Shown piece after piece: positions 1-10,000 of a stretch of 64,000 nucleotides of DNA. Position 1 is the stretch's first letter; every line of letters starts with the position of its first letter. The stretch is from contig JAVZPM010000001.1 in the NCBI GenBank assembly GCA_038881595.1, positions 256,001 to 320,000 on the forward strand, in the 5' to 3' direction. The notes below the pieces were generated by a model. That model was not told where the DNA came from and made no database searches. It saw only the letters and a program-made list of their open reading frames with translations. The DNA is from Candidatus Micrarchaeia archaeon (GTDB lineage Archaea > Micrarchaeota > Micrarchaeia > CABMEP01). The position numbers and the translations under genes were made by a program.

Positions 1-1
1 T

Positions 2-523
2 TGCGTTCCAATATTTACTATAGTATGTTATGTGCTTGGTGGTATGTCTGATGTAGGTAGTGGAATGGATAACTTAAACACCATCCAAGATGTTTTATCC
101 GTTTTGAGAGTTGCTACTTTAAGCACAATTCTTGATGTTCCTGTTTCAGATCAATTAAATTCAGCAGTTGCAACCATTGTAAGTTTAGGGGTGGCAGGTG
201 TTGCATCTACATTTATATTTCATTTAATTCCATCTAATGTGATGTCTATAAATTATATTATGCCATTACTGCAACAATTAATGAACTTTGGACAGTATGA
301 AGTATCTGTTTTGACAGCTTCTCTATATGCAAACATGAATCAATACTTAGCAATCAAGTTAACAAATATTACACTTGCATATACTCCATATGTAATGCAA
401 GATGCAGTTCCTGCATTACTCATCCCGTTCATAATCATCTTTACAGTTATAACTGGTATAAGGTCAATCTCTCCAGCTATTGGAGGGGAAGTTCAAATAC
501 TGGGAGTCTCAGAACTTATATGA
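2..523 (+). CDS. Polytopic membrane protein, paralogue 1 of tandem array (5' truncated by window edge)
   Basis: Frame open back to position 2; hydrophobic helices; C-terminus IRSISPAIGGEVQILGVSELI matches the C-terminal motif of the downstream paralogues. Confidence 0.8.
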   Translation, partial: CVPIFTIVCYVLGGMSDVGSGMDNLNTIQDVLSVLRVATLSTILDVPVSDQLNSAVATIVSLGVAGVASTFIFHLIPSNVMSINYIMPLLQQLMNFGQYEVSVLTASLYANMNQYLAIKLTNITLAYTPYVMQDAVPALLIPFIIIFTVITGIRSISPAIGGEVQILGVSELI

Positions 524-545
524 AACAATTAAGGAGAGTCAGATC

Positions 546-1418
546 ATGGGATTTAGTGATATACCGACATGTTTAAGCACTTGCACATTATCATCAGAGT
601 ATTCAAACTGGCTTCCTTTAGCGAGTATGATAATATTCATAGTTCTACTTGGAATATCTATAGGCTTTATGATATCTAGGTTTCTAAATAGACGCGATTG
701 GGAAGCAATGATAAGATTAGAATTATACCATCTATCAGTTGCAGTTATTTGGATCGGATTAATCGCAATAGTTGCTAACATTACATGCTCGTTATCTTGC
801 TCAATAACTAAAGACGAGAGTCCGTTCACTTCTTCAATTAATTATCTTAACACAATTAATTCAAAATTGAGTAGTATTATAAATTCCTTGTATGAGAAAG
901 CAAAGAATATAAGAATAGAAACAGCATATTATGATGCATTTGCCAATTTCATGTATTCGCCAAAGGCAGGTTGTGATAATGTTGCATCAGTGTATGAGAA
1001 TTTTTCATTCATGTTATCTCCATTCGTTGCCAGTCTTTTGATTCAGCAGTATGCTTTAATTTTTATAAGCCAGATTGCATTCACATATCTACTTCCTATC
1101 GGAATAATTCTTCGCTTGATTCCAGGGTTTAAAGATGCTTCTTCATATGTTATTGCTATTGCCTTTTCATTTTATATTATCCTGCCTTTAACTTATATTT
1201 TCGCGCAAAAGGCAACCGAAGGAATTTCACTATCTACTATTGATACAGATGCAAATGATTGCGTCTCTGCTAATGAAATTCAGACCATATTAACTGATGT
1301 TGGATTGATTTTGCCTCAGGCAGTATTCTTCCCTGCTTTAAGTAGCATTATTACAATTGGTGCAGCAAGAGCGCTTGCAGAGATATTTAAGTATGATTTC
1401 ATTGAACTAAGGGGATAA
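546..1418 (+). CDS. Polytopic membrane protein, paralogue 2 (CedA/VirB6-like candidate)
   Basis: ATG 546 follows AGGAG; shared motif LPIGIILRLIPGFKDASSYVIAIAFSFYIILP. Confidence 0.8.
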   Translation: MGFSDIPTCLSTCTLSSEYSNWLPLASMIIFIVLLGISIGFMISRFLNRRDWEAMIRLELYHLSVAVIWIGLIAIVANITCSLSCSITKDESPFTSSINYLNTINSKLSSIINSLYEKAKNIRIETAYYDAFANFMYSPKAGCDNVASVYENFSFMLSPFVASLLIQQYALIFISQIAFTYLLPIGIILRLIPGFKDASSYVIAIAFSFYIILPLTYIFAQKATEGISLSTIDTDANDCVSANEIQTILTDVGLILPQAVFFPALSSIITIGAARALAEIFKYDFIELRG

Positions 1419-1419
1419 A

Positions 1420-2604
1420 TTGGATCTAGACAAGATAATTAATAAAGGCACATGCGATAGAAAGATAGCTATGGTAGTGTATGTTCTATTTTTATTTGTC
1501 TCATTTTCATTTGCAGCTCAAGATGTTTTTGGTTTTCATACAGATGTTGACTGGATTCTAATCGCATATTTAGTTATACTTATTGTTGCGCTACTATTAG
1601 GAATCGCATTTATGATATCAAAAGTATTTGCAATGCATGAGTTAGAAGCATGGACAAGAGAAGAAGCAATGAATCTTATTATGTCAATTGCAATTCTTGT
1701 TTTATTTACTGCTTTTATTGGTGTAGCTGAACAAATAGCAAATTCTTTATCTAAAGATATTCTTTCTTCAAGCGTTTCTGCAAGTGCTTCAGGTAATATA
1801 AGTTATTGGCAATACATACCAAATGAAGGCAGATGGAAAACAATAGAAACTTCCAATCCATCTTGTGAATACCCATGTTACATGTATATGGCAAGAGGCT
1901 TCTTAGGTTCTTTGTATGAAAAATATGGAGAATCTTTAAAGGGTATCGCGCAATACTATTTTGTTTCAGTTTTTTATTCCACCCAATCTGTGGGGTCTGG
2001 TGTTGATTTTACTTGGGGTAAATTTAAATTTGAATTTGGAATGGGATTTCCATTAAATGCAGGTTTAACTATCTATAACAATATACTAGCAACAGTAGTA
2101 AGCGAGTATTTGAAAATAATCACAGCTATAAAAATGCAGGAAATTGCTTTAGTTTATCTTTCATCTCTTGCAGGCATGTTCTTCATACTTGGGATAATAT
2201 CACGTTCAGTTTGGTTTTTAAGAAAATTCGGCGGTCTGTTTGTAGCTGCAGGCATAGGTTTATACTTAATATTTCCAATGGTTTATGTTTTAAGTTGGTA
2301 CACGATTGACAGATCTGTAGTGATGTTCGAAGTGGATCTTCCAGAACCAGCAGCTTCGGATGATCTGCTTTCATTCTTTACCGGTGGAATTGGAGGTTTA
2401 GGAAATGTTGATTTGTTATTTACAAAATATAATGAGAATGGATCTGTAATTTCAATCGGAATGTTAGATGCATTAGGAAGGTCATACATCCCAATAATAG
2501 TAGTGCCAATCCTTGCGATTTTTACCACTCTTGGATTTATAAGACATTTCTCACCAATGATTGGTGGAGATCCTGAAATAGCAGGTCTTACAAGAATTAT
2601 TTAA
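1420..2604 (+). CDS. Polytopic membrane protein, paralogue 3
   Basis: Motifs ELEAWTREE, LGIISRSVWFLRKFGGLFVAAGIGLYLIFP, C-terminal IGGDPEIAGLTRII; exact start uncertain. Confidence 0.85.
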   Translation: MDLDKIINKGTCDRKIAMVVYVLFLFVSFSFAAQDVFGFHTDVDWILIAYLVILIVALLLGIAFMISKVFAMHELEAWTREEAMNLIMSIAILVLFTAFIGVAEQIANSLSKDILSSSVSASASGNISYWQYIPNEGRWKTIETSNPSCEYPCYMYMARGFLGSLYEKYGESLKGIAQYYFVSVFYSTQSVGSGVDFTWGKFKFEFGMGFPLNAGLTIYNNILATVVSEYLKIITAIKMQEIALVYLSSLAGMFFILGIISRSVWFLRKFGGLFVAAGIGLYLIFPMVYVLSWYTIDRSVVMFEVDLPEPAASDDLLSFFTGGIGGLGNVDLLFTKYNENGSVISIGMLDALGRSYIPIIVVPILAIFTTLGFIRHFSPMIGGDPEIAGLTRII

Positions 2605-2617
2605 GCATATGAATTAA

Positions 2618-3763
2618 GTGGATATTATGATGTTTAGTTTAAGTGAGTTTATGAAAAATAATAAAACAAAGAAAAATGCAAATTCGATATTAGATCTATT
2701 TTCAAAAAGTTTAATTATGTTTTTCATCTTAATTTCAATATCCTTTGCTGCAACAGAATGTGGTTACTTTGGAACATATCTTTACAATAATGTTTGTGTT
2801 CCTGACCTATTAGTTAATTTAAGTACAATACTAATTTTAATCGGAATCGTAATAGGCTCAATATTTTATGGACTGGGCATTGCATTAGAGCATACAAGAA
2901 TTAAAGAATGGTCTAAAGAGTTTCTTTATCAAATGCTTGGTACAGCAGTAATTCTTTCTGTTTATCTAGGTCTCGTAGCTTCTTTAAACAGTTTTGCACC
3001 TGCAATTTATAATTCAAATCTAGCATATCCGGCTGAAAGCACTGTTCGTTCTCTTTCAGATACTAAATGGATAAACGTGCAATCACATGCTGAAAAATAT
3101 GTAGATTGCCTTTTAAATTACACAAAAAACGCAACACTGGAAATAGTGGGGATTTCCTCCTCTTTATCTTCATTAGCATCTACTTCTATTCAATTAATTT
3201 CTGGTTCCTTCAGTAACTTTTATCCAATATTTCCAACTGGAGGGGGTCTGACTTCTATAATGTCGGTTCTAATAGGGGCGCTTGCAACAACCATTATTCA
3301 GCTTAAACTCCAACTTGAAATACTAAAATTGAATTCTGCATTGTTTAGTATTGTGCTTCCACTTGGATTGATATTAAGATCATTTCCATATACAAGAGGG
3401 GCTGGAGCAGCAATGATAGCAATAACATTTGGATTTACGATCTTTCTACCTATATTTTATTTGATCATAGAGGACATAGGTTATCATTTTTATCAAAAAG
3501 ATGTATGTTCAATACATCCACCATCGATAGGATTTTTCCAGCTGGTAGGCATGGGAATAAAAATAGCGCAAAATGGAGCAATTGAAACGCTTCAAGATTA
3601 CTTTGGAGTCGGAGGAGATTTTGAAAGCCTGACAACAGTTTTATTAATACAAGCTACTATTCTTCCATTTGTAGCTTATTTAGTAGTTCTTAATATAATT
3701 AAGCGGCTTGCAGAGGTGCTAGGTGGGGAGATAGATCTCAGCACATTGGTGAGATTGATATGA
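2618..3763 (+). CDS. Polytopic membrane protein, paralogue 4
   Basis: Motifs RIKEWSKE, LPLGLILRSFPYTRGAGAAMIAITFGF, C-terminal LGGEIDLSTLVRLI; exact start uncertain. Confidence 0.85.
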   Translation: MDIMMFSLSEFMKNNKTKKNANSILDLFSKSLIMFFILISISFAATECGYFGTYLYNNVCVPDLLVNLSTILILIGIVIGSIFYGLGIALEHTRIKEWSKEFLYQMLGTAVILSVYLGLVASLNSFAPAIYNSNLAYPAESTVRSLSDTKWINVQSHAEKYVDCLLNYTKNATLEIVGISSSLSSLASTSIQLISGSFSNFYPIFPTGGGLTSIMSVLIGALATTIIQLKLQLEILKLNSALFSIVLPLGLILRSFPYTRGAGAAMIAITFGFTIFLPIFYLIIEDIGYHFYQKDVCSIHPPSIGFFQLVGMGIKIAQNGAIETLQDYFGVGGDFESLTTVLLIQATILPFVAYLVVLNIIKRLAEVLGGEIDLSTLVRLI

Positions 3764-4896
3764 AAAAGAGATTCGTTCATGTATTGCATTTAGCTTTGCT
3801 GCTTCTAATTATTCTATTTAATCCTGTGCATGCTCAAACAAATACTAATCAAGACAATGTGCCAAATGGTTGTGAAGTTGCGTTGCTTTTGGATTTTGGA
3901 AATCAAAGCAACAGTGCTATAGGCGTAGAACAGAATTGGAAATCTTTGTCCTTTATTGGATTATTAGTTTCTTTATTCCTGTTAATTTTTGCATATTTAA
4001 TAGGTAAATCTTTAGATTCCCCACAACTTATAGCTAGAGCTAAGACAGATATGATTCAGGTGGTTGTGACTGCAATAATGCTTGGAGTTCTTTATTCAAT
4101 CTTATTCTTTATTTGCAGTATTGATGCGTCTCAATTTGGATTTAACTTTACTTCATTTTTTGATGGAGCAAGAATGTATCTTGAATATTCGAGGGCCTCA
4201 GCACTCAATGCATATCTTAAATGTACAAATGCAATGATGATCATAACTGGATTATCTACATTCAATATAAACAATCCAAACTTTATAGACTTGGGTGCAT
4301 TTCTACATATAGGGGTTTACTTTAAACCTTTTGCAGGTTATGGAATTACAATAGGTGCTCTTAACTGGTTCTCCAGTCTGGTTCAACTTTCATATTCATT
4401 AATTACTGGATATATTGTGGTTCTAAATGCGATTCAATTATATTTCCTTAATCTACTTCTTCCAGCAGGAGTAGTATTGAGGTGTTTTTCACCAACAAGA
4501 GATTTAGGCGGTGTCCTGATTGCAATAAGTGTAGGTTTATTCTTTTTCTATCCTTTACTGTTTTCATTTTCATACATGATTATAGGTCAACCAGATCCAA
4601 ATGTAGGATTGCCAGACATGGATTGGGAGAGTGAGATAAATAGTGCTGTAGTTAAATCTGTAGCACTATCGTCAGCTCCTTTCGGTAGTCTTATAATTAT
4701 CTATAATTCATTGTTCGGCAAAGGCGGAGAAGCCATAGATAGATTAAATGAGGCATATATCGCGACAGGCAGTGTGATTTTATATGTTTTTATATTACCT
4801 GCAATTAATTGGATTATCTTAGTAGCAATTGTCAGAGAATTAAGCAAGGCATTAGGCCAGGAAGTAGATATATCTGGTTTGGCAAGAATGATCTGA
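3760..4896 (+). CDS. Polytopic membrane protein, paralogue 5
   Basis: ATGA overlap with previous gene; signal-like N-terminus (VHA-QT); LPAGVVLRCFSPTRDLGGVLIAISVG; C-terminal LGQEVDISGLARMI. Confidence 0.85.
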   Translation: MKKRFVHVLHLALLLLIILFNPVHAQTNTNQDNVPNGCEVALLLDFGNQSNSAIGVEQNWKSLSFIGLLVSLFLLIFAYLIGKSLDSPQLIARAKTDMIQVVVTAIMLGVLYSILFFICSIDASQFGFNFTSFFDGARMYLEYSRASALNAYLKCTNAMMIITGLSTFNINNPNFIDLGAFLHIGVYFKPFAGYGITIGALNWFSSLVQLSYSLITGYIVVLNAIQLYFLNLLLPAGVVLRCFSPTRDLGGVLIAISVGLFFFYPLLFSFSYMIIGQPDPNVGLPDMDWESEINSAVVKSVALSSAPFGSLIIIYNSLFGKGGEAIDRLNEAYIATGSVILYVFILPAINWIILVAIVRELSKALGQEVDISGLARMI

Positions 4897-4910
4897 AAGA
4901 CGGTGAAATT

Positions 4911-6161
4911 ATGTTTGTAAATCCGCAAAAAAGTAAAATAAAATCAAATATTCATTCATTATTTCTACAGATAATACTATTTTTATTTATTTTAAATCAA
5001 GTGAGTGCACTTTCATGCAGCGTTACAGATCAAAATTGCCCAAGCGGACAGATATGTGATAATGGAGAATGCAGGGAATGCCTTACAAGTGCAGAATGCT
5101 GGAGCAAAACTCTAATTAGATCCACTCCAATAGGAGGGATTTCACCTTGGGTTAGTATATCTGTTATAGTTTTACTTATATCGCTCCTAGGTGTTGCAAT
5201 ATTTTATATGATAGCTTACGCATTCCAATCTGATCAGTACAAAAGAATTGCATTCGCTGAACTGATGCAAGTATTGGCTTCATTTCTATTAATTGCTTTC
5301 TTATTCGGATTTGAAATATTTGAAACAGATATGTTAACGAGATTGGAAAAAACTTCTGGAGCGATTACATCTGCATTAGTTCTTCAATCCCAAGGAGCAT
5401 CTCCTAATATCGCACTTTCTGGAAATGTTTATATTAATCCATTTGATGTTTCATATGCATTTCTTAGAAATATGATAACTTGCGTTCAAAACAAATTAAA
5501 GACAACATATGAGAATTCAAAAGCAATACAAACAATAATTAATTTAAATATAGACGTACAAGTGATTACACCTGGAAAGGTGAAATTTTCAGTTCCAAAC
5601 CCTCTTGCTTTTACATCTCTATCAGAAACTGCAGCAAAGTACGAATTTCAAGCAAGTGAACTTACTTGGCTTATGATATTCCTTTACGCCCAGATAGCAG
5701 TTCTGAAATTTATAGAAACATCTATGTTTACAGTCTTTTTGCCAATAGGGTTAATACTTAGAGCATTTCCACCTACTAGAGGAGCAGGGGCTGTGCTAGT
5801 TGCGATAGCAATAGGATTTTATCTAATCTATCCTTTGACATTCACTTTATTATATACTGGAACACCTAAGCAGATAGAAGGATGCAATCTTCAAGTTGCA
5901 TTCGATTACTCTCAATTGGAAAAGACATGTCCATTAAACATTGGTGCAACCACTCAGATAATTTCTTCTGCATCTGATCTTGCTGCAACATTAGACGCAG
6001 CTGTACCGCAATTACAGGCAGGGACATCTTCTATTAGATTCACCGCATTCTTGTATATGCTTATTTCATTAGGTGTCACATTTATATTTGTCCGTTCATT
6101 GTCAAGCATATTAGGTGCAGATATTTCAGAGATAGGAAGAACAATGTTAAGATTATTATAA
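4911..6161 (+). CDS. Polytopic membrane protein, paralogue 6, with N-terminal Cys-rich module
   Basis: ATG 4911 follows GGTGA; CSVTDQNCPSGQICDNGECRECLTSAEC; LPIGLILRAFPPTRGAGAVLVAIAIGFYLIYP; C-terminal LGADISEIG. Confidence 0.85.
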   Translation: MFVNPQKSKIKSNIHSLFLQIILFLFILNQVSALSCSVTDQNCPSGQICDNGECRECLTSAECWSKTLIRSTPIGGISPWVSISVIVLLISLLGVAIFYMIAYAFQSDQYKRIAFAELMQVLASFLLIAFLFGFEIFETDMLTRLEKTSGAITSALVLQSQGASPNIALSGNVYINPFDVSYAFLRNMITCVQNKLKTTYENSKAIQTIINLNIDVQVITPGKVKFSVPNPLAFTSLSETAAKYEFQASELTWLMIFLYAQIAVLKFIETSMFTVFLPIGLILRAFPPTRGAGAVLVAIAIGFYLIYPLTFTLLYTGTPKQIEGCNLQVAFDYSQLEKTCPLNIGATTQIISSASDLAATLDAAVPQLQAGTSSIRFTAFLYMLISLGVTFIFVRSLSSILGADISEIGRTMLRLL

Positions 6162-6183
6162 ATTACTATATTGGAGTGATAAT

Positions 6184-6960
6184 ATGGATAAGAAAAAGAA
6201 ATTTGAAGCTGGCGTTTCATCAGTTCAAAACAATACTAAAAAAGATTTCATTAAGCAGTTTACCTTTTATTTTGCAATTATATTTGGACTAATGATAATA
6301 GCCTACCTTCTTGCAATTCTTCCATCTTTGTTGGCAAAAAATTCTCCAAAAGTTGAACAAACAGAATTATTTATAGAAGATTATTCTTGCAATTCAAGTG
6401 TCACAAAGGATTCTATTGAATACAATGTTACATATCTGATTATAAAAAATGGAACGCAAATTGGAACCCTAGAATATAATTTTTCTAAAACTGGCTATGG
6501 TTTAATTAAAAAAGAAATAAGCACGATAGATTTCACAAAGTTAAAAGATTATTCTCAAGCTATTAAAAATTCAAATGTTTCACTTTTATCATCTGCGATT
6601 ACAATAATAGAGACTATTTATGATTTAGATTATAATTGTAAAAAATCTTCTTATATATTGATTTTAGGAAACTCAACTTATAATTATTCTGGAGAGTGCA
6701 GTCCTCCAGACATTCCCTTCAAAATATGTGAGCAAAATATGAAAGAATTATTAAATGAAAAAATAGAAGCAGGAGCATTTACATTTAATGCAACGAAATA
6801 TGAATATACTCACTCACAAATGATTCAAGGTCTGAAAGAAACACAAACTTTATTTATTTGGTTTTCAGATCTTCCATTTCCAATAAAAGTAGGTGATTCA
6901 GAATTTTATTTGATCCTTTCAAATTATTCAAAAAACAATATCAATAATGAAAATAAATAG
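6184..6960 (+). CDS. Single-pass membrane-anchored hypothetical protein
   Basis: 258-aa ORF with GGAGTGA RBS, one N-terminal TM helix, beta-rich ectodomain with N-x-S/T sequons. Confidence 0.75.
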   Translation: MDKKKKFEAGVSSVQNNTKKDFIKQFTFYFAIIFGLMIIAYLLAILPSLLAKNSPKVEQTELFIEDYSCNSSVTKDSIEYNVTYLIIKNGTQIGTLEYNFSKTGYGLIKKEISTIDFTKLKDYSQAIKNSNVSLLSSAITIIETIYDLDYNCKKSSYILILGNSTYNYSGECSPPDIPFKICEQNMKELLNEKIEAGAFTFNATKYEYTHSQMIQGLKETQTLFIWFSDLPFPIKVGDSEFYLILSNYSKNNINNENK

Positions 6961-7045
6961 AATCTTACTTCAACAAATAATAAATTAAAATTAAATTCTT
7001 TATGTACAAATTAAATCAAGAAGAAAAGATGAAAAAGGTGGATAA

Positions 7046-10000
7046 ATGAATAAATCTGAAATGAAAAAAGAAATTAAAATCAAACCTTCCTCTTTTTCAA
7101 ATATTATGGTTTTTCTGATCATCTTTTCTTTGATGTTTATTCTTGTCTCTGGATGCATCGAATTAAAGCCAAGGGAAGGGATAAGTACCACAGTTCCAGT
7201 TACAGTAACGAAAGGAAGTGATGTCTGTGTTGGTTACAATGAATCTACCTGCGGTGCTTTCTTAAAGGAAAAAAGAACTGCAATTTCTGATTATATTTGT
7301 AAAGGACCTATCGGTCCTTCTTATTCAAAGATGGACGAAGTAACTTATTCTCTTTCAGTTGAAAAAGGTTGGAGTTGTGAGGAAACAAAAACATATCTAG
7401 TTTTAGCAGGAAATAACTATATATTGTCAGGTTCAGGTCATATGGGTAATCCACATGGTGGTAGCATAACATTAGAAGATTCAAGAAATGTAGTATCACC
7501 AATATCTTATGGAATGAATAATCTAACTTTGAAATGTTATGTGAATGTATCTGTTAGCGTTTCAAAAGGTAAATATGAGAGGGGTTCATTTACCTTGAAA
7601 TTTGATGGCTCATCTGATATCTTATCTCCAGGAGACCGTTTTGATGGACAATACTCATTTTTCGTACTACCATTAACTTTAACTCAAGAAAATAACAAAT
7701 TAGTTGGAAATCTTAGTTTTTTAGGTACTTGGACAGTTACTGGAAAAGAATACGGTAGTTGGCCAAATAAAAAACACAAATCAGACATGGACGTTTCTTA
7801 CTTTATTTCTTGTACTCCTTTTGCAAGCTACAATATTAATTGGAGATGTAAAAATACATATACTTTAGAATCATATGATTTTGTAAATTGCAGCTATGAT
7901 GAATTTTCAACATTCCAGGGTGGAAGAACATTCCTTGATAACAATACTCCATTCAGCAAGCTTAGCAACTATATTCAATCATATTATGGGACTTACTCTT
8001 ATAATCCAATTACTAAAGAAACAAAGCCAGCTGGAAAAATTCAGGTTCCATTCTTTATGTTAGGTCAAGGTCCATCATTCCAGGATTATGAAGAGGCAAA
8101 GAAGCTATGTGTCCCATGGAAAGAAACGATAGTAAATGTTTCATTAGGGAACACTACATTTGATCCACCGTTTTTGACAATACCGGCTGGTCTAGAGTTA
8201 TGTATTGATAATAAAGACAATAAGAGGCATGATATAACTATAATCAATCTTCAGGATCAAAGTATAATAAAACAATACATTCTTCAGCCAAAGCAATTTT
8301 CGTGCTATCTACCTTATGAAGGCTTTTATCACATAAAAGATTCAAATGGGGACTATGCTTATTTATCAGTACTAAAGGCAACAGATACAACTCAAATTTA
8401 TATAGGGCGTAACATTGTTCCTAATTATACAGTAGTTAATGAAGGAGGATTTGTCAATTTCAGTCTTATCGAAAGAAAAGAGCATAACTTGAGTATGAGA
8501 AGTGTGAATAGATTTGATGATTATATCTATGAAAATAATTTTACTCTCAATCTTTCAAATCCAGTTGAAACAATAAGAGCACCACAAACAGGAGAGTATA
8601 GGATTAATGATATCACAACAGATAAAACAAGTTATTTATTTGTTCAGTCTCCGCTTCAGAGATTTTTATTTAAGAGGGATGGAACAATTGATCCAGGATA
8701 TGAAATATATAGACCGCTTGGAGATTTGATTTGTTTTAGAAGCGAAACTGAAGGTTTAAACATCTCAATTTCAAGATACACAGAAACAGAAAATGGATAT
8801 GAATGGATATGGCTGACTAATGAAACATTGTCTACAAATTCATATTGCTGCATTCAAGGCGCGTTACCTGGAAAATATCAGGGAATAACAACGGATGGAA
8901 GAGTTGCAAATTGGACGATAGGAAGTGGAAAGCCTTCTGCAATAGTTTCTATTCAGCCGATTGGTTTTGAACCTGAAGAAGTAGAAAGTCCTCCAGGAAC
9001 AAAGATATGTTGGGTAAATCCATCAGCAATATCAAGAAATATTATAACAAAATCATCATCAGGAAAGACATTTTTCTCAGGCCAAATTCCACCATTCTCA
9101 GATAATGTTTGTTGGCCAACTATGAACAAGACAGATTCATATGTAACTACATTTGTACCTAACTTAGATGTGAGGAACATTGTTAATATTAAAGAGGTCG
9201 ATTCAAGAAACATCCAAATACTCTCGGGTGGTGCAGGCTTTGATACTATCTCATTAATTGTAAAACCTGGCTCTCAAATATGTTGGATTAATAACGACAA
9301 TAAAAATCACACCTTAAAAGATGAAAATGGAAACTACATACTCTTAGCTCCATCCCAAACAAATTGTATAGATAAGACTACTATGCAGGAAGGAAATATT
9401 TATACACGCCAGCTGGATGAAAAAGAGATTTATTCAGATGTTGGAGTTATAGATGGTAAAGGCGCAATTTTGTCTCCAAGAGGTCCTATTCCATTTTCAT
9501 TATTTGTAAATCCACCAAATGTTAATATGACTCAATCAGGAGAATTATATATTACATCTCCTTCATATTTCAAGATTATAAATAAACAGAGCGTTCCATC
9601 GGAATTATATGAGATTTCATACATCATTTTATCAGCCAACTCAACTGGATTGGCAGATATAGTAAAAACCGAAAATGAAATTACTATAATTAGTTCTCCA
9701 GTTAAGAGCTATACAAAGTTATTGCTTTATGTAGAAAATACTGATGATAAAAATCATACTATAAGAGTAGAATCAAACGGAGATGAAATTAATATTTTGC
9801 CGAACTCATTTTATTTATTTGAAATTAGCCAAAGTACAGTATTAACAGATTTAACTGTTAAAGAAAATTTGACTAGGGGTGGAATCACAAATCAAACTAT
9901 AATAAACGCTTTGTCACAAATTCCGATAAATATAATAGGACCTTCAGAGATAAAATTAAATAAATCTGGTTCTAATGGAGATTCATTAATATTGGCTGCT

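Noticed and set aside
4809..4910. N-terminal extension of paralogue 6 in the ORF track
   Set aside because: Overlaps the previous gene; ATG 4911 has a GGTGA RBS
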